A stretch of DNA of 64,000 bases from Mytilus californianus (Eukaryota): positions 118,110,001 to 118,174,000 of the forward strand of contig NW_026262701.1 in NCBI RefSeq assembly GCF_021869535.1. Direction: 5' to 3'. A model generated the notes under the pieces. The model saw only the letters and a list, made by a program, of their open reading frames with translations. It made no database searches and was not told where the DNA came from. This document shows positions 1 through 10,452 of the stretch, one piece after another. The translations under genes and the position numbers were made by a program. How positions within the stretch are numbered: the stretch's first letter is position 1; each line of letters begins with the position of its first letter.

Positions 1-125
1 TATAAATAATAATGATACACATATCATATATATCCTTCATTTTTTTGTCCTTGATCATATCATGCTTATGTGAATTCAAAATTAATCTAATAATAAATTA
101 ACAACAGCAGAAACTGTCTGTGTTC

Positions 126-207
126 AACTGTACAAGATTGTGAAGGGAATGTGCTGAAAAATAAAACTGTACAAGATTGTGAAGGGAATGTGCTGAAAAA
201 TAAAACT
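126..207. repeat. ~39-bp tandem duplication (2 copies)
   Basis: aactgtacaagattgtgaagggaatgtgctgaaaaataa occurs twice in tandem; ctgtac starts at 128 and 167. Confidence 0.9.
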
Positions 208-842
208 CACAACTATAGTCTGTATGCATAATTCCTGTCTACAACATATATACATGTACCTTTGTATGATTCAGAATGGTAAAAAATTCAATACTACATC
301 TTGTACATGCAAGAATATTTGGGGATACATGTACATTAGGCAATTCTAAAAATCACTTTTGAAAACACTATTAAAATTTGAGTCATTCTATAGACAAACG
401 ACCTACAGTTTTCATGAAAGTTTTATCACATCACTAAAAATCATAATAAGCCTGGATTTGTGTTAAATAAATTTTCTGGTCCACTACAAGATTTCCTTGA
501 AAATTTTGGACACTGGTCCCTGGTTTGTCACCATCAGACATGTAAAACAGTTAGTGATTTGTGAGGATCAATTTCTATATTATATAGAGATTTTAATTTA
601 TTTTTAAATGTTTTAATCAAATGCATATTAAATTTGACAGCAGTCATAAGAAAGATAACCCACATTGATTCTGGTAAACAGATTTAAATACATAGTATTG
701 ATCATGACTATTAGCAAAGTTGGCTAAAAACCAGTCAATACTAGCATTGACAAGGCAGGCAGTATTTACCGTCAAATACTGGCAAATACGTATATATACT
801 GGTTAATTGAAATTTTGATGGGCATTATGAAAAAACTTTATT

Positions 843-996
843 TAAGGAATGACTATAATATTTTTCTGTCTATAAAGAAATAACATTAAAAATATGGTGC
901 ACACTGAATAACCCGTGTAGCAGGTTATTTGAAAGTGTACACCACATGTTTTAGGTTATTTCGAATAGACAGAAAAAATATAACAGTCATTCCTTA
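843..996. mobile_element. Imperfect palindromic (foldback/MITE-like) element
   Basis: taaggaatgacta..ttttttctgtcta pairs with tagacagaaaaaa..cagtcattcctta. Inner arms ggtgcacactg / agtgtacacc surround a central aacccgtgtagcaggtt. Confidence 0.7.
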
Positions 997-3077
997 TAAT
1001 TTAATTCTAAATTCAATTTTGAAGGAGTAAATCATGAAAAAACGTTGATGACGTCACATGACAAAATTATGTCTATGAGCCATAAACAATCATTTAAAAA
1101 TTCATGTTATTGCAAAAAGTTTCAAAAAAATTATCTTGATTTTTTTGTTTCTTTTCATGTTGTTTGTATTGATGATGAGAAGACCTAAATCATGAATTAA
1201 GGAACTGATATTGATTCTCTACAGAACTTTGGACTAGCCCTGACCAAAAATGAGAGTCTTGGACATGTTTGAAAGGTCCCTGGACTTGTCGCAAAAATCT
1301 ATAGGTTGCACTTTGTAAATACAGCTGTTTCACAAACCACGCCTCTTTTGGGGAGATATATAATATTCATAGATATTTTGTTTTGATTATGTACTGGTTC
1401 CCAGATATGATCTCTATGTTGCATCTCATAGACATAACTTGGGAATGTTACCAGTATAAATACACATGGATAGCGGCTAAATTGAATTCTGAGGAAGACC
1501 CAAAGTGAAAGGAGGGGTAGTACAGAATCTTAGTATAAGTTTAAACTCTTGGAAGTTCTGGGCATATAAATGTTCAAAATATGCCGCACAGCCCTATGTT
1601 TTGACCTTTGAAAAAAATAGTTGTGCATATGAACTTTCCATTCTAGGATATAATTTTTTACGAAACTTCATAGTAAAAGTGGCACAGTTTTAGCCGTAAA
1701 AGGAGTTCCTATGGGAAATTGCATTGTCTATATTTAATGAAATGCAACCTACAGTGAGTCTCAGAACCCTGTGAGCACATATACATACCAGTACTTGTAG
1801 TGTACATGAACATATTGTAACTAATGTAACATATACATATCATGATTAAAAACAAAAATCTTATCATTACATGTATATTATGCTTACATTTTAAATGATT
1901 ATTAATTTTTGTGGCATTTCATTACAAATTAATTTCACAATTTGAAAATATCCGGTTATCAAATTCAGATAAGTTCATTATGTATACACACATGTATATA
2001 GATGATTTATGCACCTCATAATTAACTTATCATAATAACTTATGATTATAAGAAAAGAATGCAATTTCATTTTTGTGAATATCCAGAGATTATGTGAAGA
2101 CATGGTGCAATAATTATAACTCAGGATGTCCTAGGTTAAATAAATATATTATTATATATACATGTACAGTAACATACATGTATGTAGATGAACAAAAGCA
2201 TTTGTGAAGAAAGCAAATAAAATTTATTGAAAACTATATGTATTGAATGTGGTACAATGCAATATTCCCATAGGTGCTGCCATATTGGTATTTTCTTCAC
2301 TCCTATTCCTAAAATATATGTCATTACAGAGTTTAGACTTCTATGTAAATTAACATTGCTGCCTACATATATGCTGTACCAGCAGTGGTTCCCAAGGCTT
2401 TTAGAAATCATCTGGACATTTGGTCCAGTAAACCATTCTTTTTAACTGGACCAGACTCTTTTTATGCCCTTGCCGAAGGCGATGGGGACATTAAGTGTTA
2501 CCCTTGAGCGTCCGTCCCATTTTTGTTTCCGCACTCTAACTTAAGTTTGCCTCATACAAATCTTATGAACTGGGGGCATTCGTGTCCTCAGACACATTCT
2601 TCTTTTACTTTACAGGACTTTTACACATATAATTTGGACAAAATAAAAATATTTACTGGTCATTTGGTCCAGTAATGCATATCACTTAACTGGACCAAAC
2701 CAAGTTTTACTAGACTTTGCCCAATGTCCAGCGACCTTGAGAATGACTGTACCATTTGTTATCACTCTATACTTGGGCAAGTACCTGAACAATGTAGTGT
2801 TGAGCTAGAAAAATATGAATTGGAATGTATAGTTAGATGTAGATGCATGGATCTGGAAGTGGTAAGGCAGATCAAAACAAGTGAATCTGTGAGCTACTGC
2901 TCACTACTGATACCCCCGCCCACTAAAAGTATAAGGTTAACAGGAAGTTGTTGAGTGATGAATCTGAAAACCCATCACACGGTATATAATAGCTGACTCA
3001 TATAAACCCTGAAACCAAATTTCAGAAATCCTTGTAATGTAGTTCCTGAGAAAAATGCGACGAAAAACATTCATTGG

Positions 3078-3230
3078 ACGGACTGACAGACAGAGGTAAA
3101 ACAGTATACCTCCACTTTTTTAAAGCAGGGGTATAATGAAAAATATTCATGTGACTGATGGACGAACTGACGGACGGATAGACAGAGGTAAAACAGTATA
3201 CCCCACTTTTTTAAAGCAGGGGTATAATAA
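3078..3230 (+). repeat. Duplicated terminal module of a HINE/Helentron-like element
   Basis: Two copies (about 3078-3137 and 3170-3230) of gacggac..gacagaggtaaaacagtatacc..ttttttaaagcaggggtataat, each ending in a TATACC(C/T)C/GGGGTATA hairpin after a GACG/GACA microsatellite. Confidence 0.65.
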
Positions 3231-3264
3231 TTATCAACTTCTTGTTTTATAATTATTAATATAC

Positions 3265-3388
3265 CTTCTGTTATATTGAGTTGTACACTGTTAATAGGAA
3301 CTGCTCCATATGATCCATTATCTTGACTTTTTTCTCCTATTCTTGATTCTTCATCAGCCTTTGTAACTGTAAATCTTTGAGAAGCCAT
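3265..3388 (-). CDS. First coding exon of a probable SLC12 cation-chloride cotransporter (KCC-like); gene continues beyond position 1
   Basis: MASQRFTVTKADEESRIGEKSQDNGSYGAVPINSVQLNITE+G followed by a GAAG|GTATAT donor (phase 1). RFTV matches the RFxV SPAK/OSR1 docking motif, and RFxVTKADE resembles invertebrate KCC N-termini as I recall them. No further exon was recognised in 1-3264. Confidence 0.55.
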
Positions 3389-3757
3389 GATTTTACAGAC
3401 TTCAACAGAAAGAAGTTGTTTTGGAAGTCGTGAAGACGATGTTGCGAGATAAACGCACCGCTCCTTACACCTTCATTTTCAAAAGGCAAATTAATAACAC
3501 AGTTCCGTGTAAAGGATAACAATTATACTGAATAATTGATTGGTATTACCTCACAGCCGGCGATAAAAAGTCTGGAAGAAAAATCCCTACTTTTCAGTAC
3601 TTTTTATGTATTACATGAATATTTGCGCTTATTTTTATACTATGTGTCGTGTTAATGGGATACTTAGCCACAACTTTTCCATTCAACATTCCATATTAAT
3701 AATAAACATTTATTTATAGCTGGATGTTATCATGTTTCCATTTGCGTGTCATAAAAA

Positions 3758-3767
3758 CCGGAAGTAG
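3758..3767. promoter_or_regulatory. ETS-type CCGGAAGT motif upstream of the SLC12-like exon
   Basis: aaccggaagtagc about 370 bp 5' of the ATG, in a locally CpG-containing segment. Motif match only. Confidence 0.3.
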
Positions 3768-3899
3768 CAAAGTACTGAGACAAGGAAAAGACAACTAGAT
3801 TTCCCGCGGTAATTTTACAAACTATTTACCAAGATTTAGTTATCTTGTAAATGCCAAAGAAAAATATATAAATTTGTGGATGAATAATACAAAAAAACA

Positions 3900-4475
3900 A
3901 AAACAAGTAATTAAAAATAATAATATTTACAAAATTTAACATCTGGATTAAATCAGTTGACAAAGAACACTTTGTGTAAGTAGTGCTCTGAAGCTGTCAA
4001 CTGTGATTGACTGTACTATGGCTATTGTTAGCATGATCCATTGAATGATGGTATGTGAAAAAAATACCATTTATATGTTTCCTTTGTGGTTCGTATATGT
4101 CTATAAGTATTTGGGTGGTTTTGTCTTGTTCTACTGTCTGTTGGTAATAAAATTTCAGATGGTATGGAATTAAGGCCGTGAATAACTTTATAAAATATCA
4201 TTAGACGTGTTTTAAGGCAGCGTTCAGCTAATGTAGGTAGTTTTAAGTTGTTCGTCATATTTGTAACACTACTGGTGTTATGGTAGTTACTACAAATGTA
4301 CCTAGTTGCTCGTCTTTGAACCATTTCTATTTTTTTAGTAGCATCTTTTGTGTGAGGGTCCCATAAACTGCAGCTGTATTCTAATTTAGGTCTGACTACT
4401 GCTTGATATGCTCTGGATTTAATGTCTGTGTTTGATATTTTTAAATTTCTTTTAAGGAATCCTCAGTAAAGATTA
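3900..4475 (-). mobile_element. LINE (CR1/L2-group) ORF2 C-terminal fragment
   Basis: The minus frame reads FLKRNLKISNTDIKSRAYQAVVRPKLEYSCSLWDPHTKDATKKIEMVQRRATRYICSNYHNTSSVTNM..LKLPTLAERCLKTRLMIFYKVIHGL, the characteristic RPxLEY..WDP..EMVQRRA post-RT region. Confidence 0.9.
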
Positions 4476-5139
4476 GTTTCCATTTGAAATAATGTTGTCA
4501 TAATGTAGGTGGTTTTCTTGATATGAAATCTTATCCAAAACAACCATATTAGTTCAGAGGAGAAGATTACGAAGAGACAAACGCAGCAGATAGCATATCT
4601 TCACCACAGAGACAATATACATTAGACATTAGACATTAAACATTATTTTACCAATCATGTGTCCTTGTCAGGCAAGATACATAAACATCATAATACAATA
4701 ATTATTATAAAACATGCGAGTTCTTTTAGTGAAAATTCACAATACACAAAGAATTAAAGTAAAATATGAGCAATATAGGATATTATTACAGTAGAAAGAA
4801 AGTGTTTAGTGTTATGAGGTCGATTTGATAAATAAAATAACAGAACAAGACATATGGTTTCTTCTTTGGAGTAATTCTCCTCATGACCAGTGCACAGCAG
4901 TGAGGAACATTACATCACCACAATGCAAAGGTCATCAAGGGGCGGTCATTCAGAACCGGTTACAAATATTATAATGAGATTATCCCCAATAGTGGTTCTA
5001 TTCCGAAGACTAATGCATACGACAGCAATGGGTTGACATTGTTACTGTGCAAGATTCATCAAGGGACGGTGCTCTAAAACTCACTAAGAGACAATTATAA
5101 AGTTCAAGTGATAAGAAAAAGAGGGAGATTAATACCATC

Positions 5140-5375
5140 AAAACTTTTCATATTTCTTAATGAATATGCATAATTTTGATAACAATTGCTCATGTTCATT
5201 ATTCATTAACCATATCAGTTTTTTGGTAGGGTCTAATTTTTTTTAATTCTTGCAGCAATTATTTATCATTGTTATCATATCTTTTCGTTGGTCAGATAGA
5301 CCATCACAGTTAAAAGGAAAATGTGTTTCATCTTCGACCTCATTACTACAAAATCGGTTTTGACATACTCTTTTG
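5140..5375 (-). mobile_element. LINE ORF2 C-terminal CCHC fragment (RTE-X/CR1-group-like)
   Basis: The minus frame reads HRHKRVCQNRFCSNEVEDETHFPFNC...KKLIWLMNNE, a CxxxxC..EDExH....C knuckle, interrupted by a stop. Confidence 0.7.
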
Positions 5376-5694
5376 TGTCGATGAGTATATGAAGATGAAG
5401 ACCTGTTTAAGACAACTTAAATAGGTCAGACTCTCCTCAGAGCCAATAAGTATTCCTCGAGGGTACGGATTAGTTGCCATTTTATGGAAGAAAAACAAAT
5501 TCCCACATGGTAAAGCCAATAGACTTAGGATTAGGAAGAATACTGTGTGTAGGAATGAAGGACAGCTCTAACTCCAGCATACTCTTAAATCAGTATACCT
5601 TCCAGCAAAAGGAAGTAAAACCCGTCTCTCAAAATACCAAGAAGTAATTGACCAATGAATCAAAATACAATGAAACCCATCAAGTTATCAAAAG

Positions 5695-7072
5695 AAGGTG
5701 TTACAAACGAGGTAAAAAAACGGAAAACAAAACACAATCTATACCTGCGAGAGGAGTTACCAACGAGGCACAAACCGGCACAAAACACAATCTTTACCTG
5801 CGATAGGAGTAACTCTCGAGGCACTAACAGACACAAAACACAATCTATACTTGCGAGAGGAGTTAGCAACGAGGCACTAACAGACAAAAAACACAATCTA
5901 TACCTGCGAGAGGAGTCACCAACGAGGCACTAACAGACACAAAACACAACCTATACTTGTGATAGGAGTTACCAACGAGGCACTAAACGACTCAAAACAC
6001 AATCTATATCTGCGAGAGGAGTTACTAACGAGACACAAACAGACACAAAACACAATCTATACCTGCGAGAGGAGTCACCAACGGGGCACTAACAGACACA
6101 AAACACAATCTATACTTGTGAGAGGAGTTACCAACGAGGCACTAAAAGACACAAAACACAATCTATAGCTGCGACAGGAGTTACCAACGAGACTCAAACA
6201 GACACAAAACACAATCTAAACCTGCGAGAGGAGTTACCAACGAGGCACTAACAGACAATAAATACAATCTATACCTGCGAGAGGAGTTACCGACGAGACA
6301 CTAACAGATACAAAACACAATATATACTTGCTAGAGGAGTTACCAACAAGGCACTAATAGACACAAAACACAATCTATTCAAGCGAGAGGAGTTACCAAC
6401 GAGGCACAAACAGACACAAAACACAATCTAAACCTGCGAGAGGAGTTACCAACGAGGCACTAACAGATACAAAACACAATCTATACTTGTGAGAGGAGTT
6501 ACCAACGAGGCACTAACAGACACAAAACACAATCTAAACCTGCGAGAGGAGTTACCAACGAGGCACTAACAGATACAAAACACAATCTATACTTGTGAGA
6601 GGAGTTACCAACGAGGCACTAAAGACACAAAACACAATCTATACCTGCGAGAGGAGTCACCAACGAGGCACTAACAGACACAAAACACAATCTATACCTG
6701 CGAGAGGAGTTACCAACGAGGCACTAACAGACACAAAACACAATCTATACCTGCGAGAGGAGTTACCAACGAGGCACTAACAGGCATAAAACACAATCTA
6801 TACCTGCGAGAGCAGTTACTAACGAGACACAAACAGACACAAAACACAATCTATACCTGCGAGAGGAATCACCAACGAGGCACAAACAGACACAAAACAC
6901 AATCTAAACCTGCGAGAGGAGTTACCAACGAGGAACTAACAGACACAAAACACAATCTATTCCTGCGAGAGGAGTTACCAACAAGGTACAAACCGGCGTA
7001 AAACACAATCTATACCCGCGAGAGGAGTTATCAACGAGACACAAAACGGCACAAAACACAATCTTTACTTAC
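5695..7072. repeat. 53-bp minisatellite, about 26 copies
   Basis: Unit acagacacaaaacacaatctatacctgcgagaggagttaccaacgaggcacta; caacgag at 6661 and 6714 gives a period of 53. Edges are degenerate. Confidence 0.95.
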
Positions 7073-7184
7073 GACACTTTATAAACCAGTGCTTTTAAAG
7101 TTTGAACACAAGGCAAAAACAGTAGAAAAATCGATTATTTTTGGCATAACATACCGGATGAAGAATTTCATAGAAAACAAATTA

Positions 7185-7315
7185 TAGCTTGCTATATGGT
7201 ATGGGTTTTGGTCATTGTTGAAGGCCGTAAGCCTGACCTATAATTGCTAACTTTTTCGTCATAAGGTCTCTGATAGAGAGTTGTCTCATTGGCAGCCATA
7301 CAACATCTTCTTATT
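7185..7315 (+). mobile_element. High-copy dispersed repeat end (gttgaaggccgta...gagagttgtctcattggc...acatcttctt)
   Basis: The same motif recurs at about 26931-26985 (-), 31155-31220 (-), 32395-32495 (+), 46415-46465 (-) and 51470-51860 (-). Confidence 0.8.
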
Positions 7316-7387
7316 AAGTCTCCCAAACAAAGTTATAAGACTTATTGTTTTTGCTCAGTTCTTCTTTTCCTTATTATTATTATTCTG

Positions 7388-7965
7388 TCTAGTGGTGCTA
7401 GTGAGTTTTGTTTGTGCATTGGGGTCTATTAAGTGGTACCTATTTTTAATTTTAATGTCAAATAATTATAACTTGAGAACAGTTTAAGATATACACAAGG
7501 TCGTCAAAAATAGGTCACCCAACCCCTGTCATTTGATAATGTTCTAATTTCTTGTAAACCGTCGAGATCCCTATCCCTAAACCATATATTATCCTGTTTG
7601 TCATATCAAAAAGATTTGAATGAGAAATAGGATTAGTCCCAAGGGGTCATCCCCACTCCCTTTCATATGAAAATGTCAAGATATCTTGTTAGTGGTCAAG
7701 ATCCACTCCTTAACCATATATATTCTAGTTTGTCATGCCTAGATAATTTGAATGATATACAGTTAGTCCCCAGGGATCACATCCACACCTGTCCTTTGCA
7801 AATGTTCTTATATCTTGTAAGCGGTCGAGATCCCAGCCCTCGAAACCATAAATTATATTCCTGTTTGTCATGTCAAATTGATTTGAATGATATACATGAT
7901 TAGTCCCCAGAGGTTGTCCCCACCCCTTTCATTTGAGAATGTTCAAATAACTTGTTAGTTACCGT
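7388..7965. mobile_element. Non-autonomous element with internal 132-bp tandem array (about 3.5 units)
   Basis: accata at 7581, 7713 and 7845. The end ctagt..ttttgtttgtgcattggggtctatt is shared with the copy at 20941. Confidence 0.75.
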
Positions 7966-8910
7966 GACAAGTAAAATCGGGATCCGATTCCCATGGAGGA
8001 ATTATGTCCCGTGGGAATCGGATCCCTACGCGGATTTCAGATCTGGAAACCCGTTGTGTTGACTTTTTCGTCATTTGCCAAAAATAAGTTCTTTGTGCGA
8101 AATGTTATCAGGCAAGGTCAACTTTTTTCCCTTTGAACGGTGTCTCGCCTGCGTTCGCTGTTTTCAGCGGTATTAGCGTTTTATTGGAATGCATATCATT
8201 TGTAATTGTTCATATATTATTTTTTTGAGGAAATGTGTTAATGAGTAAGGATTGCATACAGTTAATGGGATCAAAGGTTATAAGATATTTCGCAAAACAA
8301 AGGTTTATATTGAATTTTCCAAAAAATTTCATGAAGGTTTGAAAAACTTATTGATGACCAATGAACTTTAACCTTAGACTCTATATCTAAATGCCAACTG
8401 CAAAAAGGTAAGTTTATTTTTCAGTAAAATTGTTTGGGGGAGGGGGTGTGGTTAACATTTTTCTCGGGGATGCTGTCTCTTGATCACGAAGAAACTTGTC
8501 CGGGTTTCTTTAAGTTCTGTGGAAGTTAGGAAAAGTTATTGATATATCAAAAAAATGAAACCACAGACTAATTCATATATGGACAAAGACAACGGTTTAG
8601 GAATGCAATATGTCTCATGGTCCCTTTTAAGACTTTCGTCGCGGACGAAACAATAAAAATTGTCCACAAGGAAACCATTTTTACATTGTCAGACGTTGTT
8701 TGATAATTGCTTGCTTAAAATTCAATTGTACGGGTATTTGTTTAAACGATCTGCAAGCATATATTGCCGTGAAGTAATTTAGAATAATTTTGATAAGTTT
8801 CAAACAAGAAAATTTAATTAGATAATTCGTTCGTTTTTTTTAAATCAAGTGTTTAGTCTAAAAATGTTACTTACGTAACCAACAGCTGTCATCATGTCAT
8901 ATCAAACATC

Positions 8911-8920
8911 ATGGCACAAG
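8911..8920 (+). CDS. Candidate first coding micro-exon (MAQ+G) of an unidentified gene
   Basis: aacatcATGGCACAAG|GTAAGT: strong Kozak context, consensus donor, phase 1, which matches the phase needed by the 17854 exon. Confidence 0.45.
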
Positions 8921-9433
8921 GTAAGTTTGTAATGGAATTTATCTGTTCAAGCAGTGTTCTCAGAACTTACTCCGTTTAGTATTGCCTATTGAATGTGATC
9001 AAAAGTTATACGACATTGAAGATGACGAATACATCTACTAGTCATCACAGCAATTACATTTTTTATTTGAATTTAATTAGTTTTCCCGTTATAATAAAGA
9101 CGAAAACCCCTGTAGTAAACGGATGTATGTATAAACTGTTTCTTTTAATTCATAGACGCTTTGGTGCAGGATTTTGATTTTGTATATATCATTGTGTGAT
9201 TACTGGATATTCAATTTTCTATTTGTTGTCCCACATACCTAATCTGTTCTAGTTTGGATGAACTTATCAACTCTTGATCACAATCGTTTAATAGATGAGG
9301 TATGATTGTCAATGCGTCAAGACCAAGACAACTATATAATTGTGTTTATATGATATATATTCTTATCATGATATTGTTTGCAATATTGCTGATCTCTTTT
9401 ATATGATTTCAACTGAAAAGAGTACATATTCAT

Positions 9434-9634
9434 GAGGGGCCTGATGGGTTATTTTCGTTCTTCGTGATCGGCGCATTTTCGCTATCGTGATCCGTTTTTC
9501 TACAGATTTTTTTTTATATTTTCGTTATCCGTGATCATGGAAATTTATTTTCTGTGAATCGTGATTGACAAAAAAATCAACTCGTGAATCGTGATGAGAC
9601 CCCCCCCCCCCCTCCCCCCCCCATCAGGCCCCTC
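9434..9634. mobile_element. MITE with 15-bp perfect TIRs
   Basis: GAGGGGCCTGATGGG (9434-9448) and CCCATCAGGCCCCTC (9620-9634), flanked by an ATTCAT direct repeat, with internal cgtgat/cgtgaatc repeats. Confidence 0.85.
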
Positions 9635-10059
9635 ATTCATGATTACACATTTGTCCTCCGATGACATAAGCCAGACCATTTAAAAAAAAAAAAATTTTAA
9701 TTCTTACTCTTTCCTAAAATATTTATATATTTATCTCGCTCTACACTATAACTTTTGCATTCAATTAAGAAGTGGAGCTCATTCTCTACATCTGTTTGAC
9801 ATATTTGATAAAATCAGGAAATTGAATATTCAGTTCAAACAATGAAAATATACAAAATCGAAATCCTGCATTCAAGTACCTGTGTTCTCAAATCTGAACA
9901 TGCTTATGCCACTGCAATACAAGAACAATTGGGGGAAAATCATAATTAAATTAGACAAGGTATATAAACAACAAACTCTCTGACATTTTTACTTAAGATA
10001 AACTATGGGCGAAATACTTTTGACATATATTTATGTTTCCGAAACATCCAAGGCCGAAA

Positions 10060-10184
10060 TGTTTTGCTCCGAATTTTATTTTGAATGTTTTACAATATGT
10101 GTTTTTGCTCCGAATTTTATTTTGAATGTTTTACAATATGTGTTTTTGCTCCGAATTTTATTTTGAATGTTTTACAATATGTGT
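10060..10184. repeat. 41-bp tandem repeat, 3 copies
   Basis: tgtttttgctccgaattttattttgaatgttttacaatatg repeated with a period of 41. Confidence 0.95.
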
Positions 10185-10452
10185 CATATATTAATTAAAC
10201 ATAACGATCCCCAAAAATGAGGTAAATGTCAGACGAATTATGCCAGACTGACATATACACATTACAGTCATTCCATACAGCAAATAAAGTTGACCTATTC
10301 CTTATAGTATATTAGAAACGAACCTTACCACGAAAACTAAAAACATTGACCAAATAAATCATGAAATTGAGATCAATGTCAGATGAAACTACCTGACGGA
10401 CACTATACATTTAGTTACATATGGCCCACATGAACCTTAAAAACCTTATGTA

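Noticed and set aside
3071-3264. C-terminal part of the 105-aa minus ORF
   Set aside because: It is intron and repeat sequence after the GT donor at 3264.
1-3264. Further exons of the SLC12-like gene
   Set aside because: No segment with a splice-bounded, SLC12-like translation was found. The region is intronic repeat-derived DNA.
5655-6780. ORFs of 61-92 aa in the ORF track
   Set aside because: They are translations of the 53-bp minisatellite. The unit is not a multiple of 3 and the frames break every few units.
5695-7072. CRISPR-like regular array
   Set aside because: The units are contiguous with no unique spacers, the context is eukaryotic, and there are no cas genes.
8263-8628. Kolobok-like MITE (ttaatgggatc ... 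ggtcccttttaa)
   Set aside because: The termini match too poorly to support a call.
8894-8920. Upstream ATG (MSYQTSWHK) for the orphan gene
   Set aside because: Phase 0 splicing to 17854 hits TAA after 9 codons.
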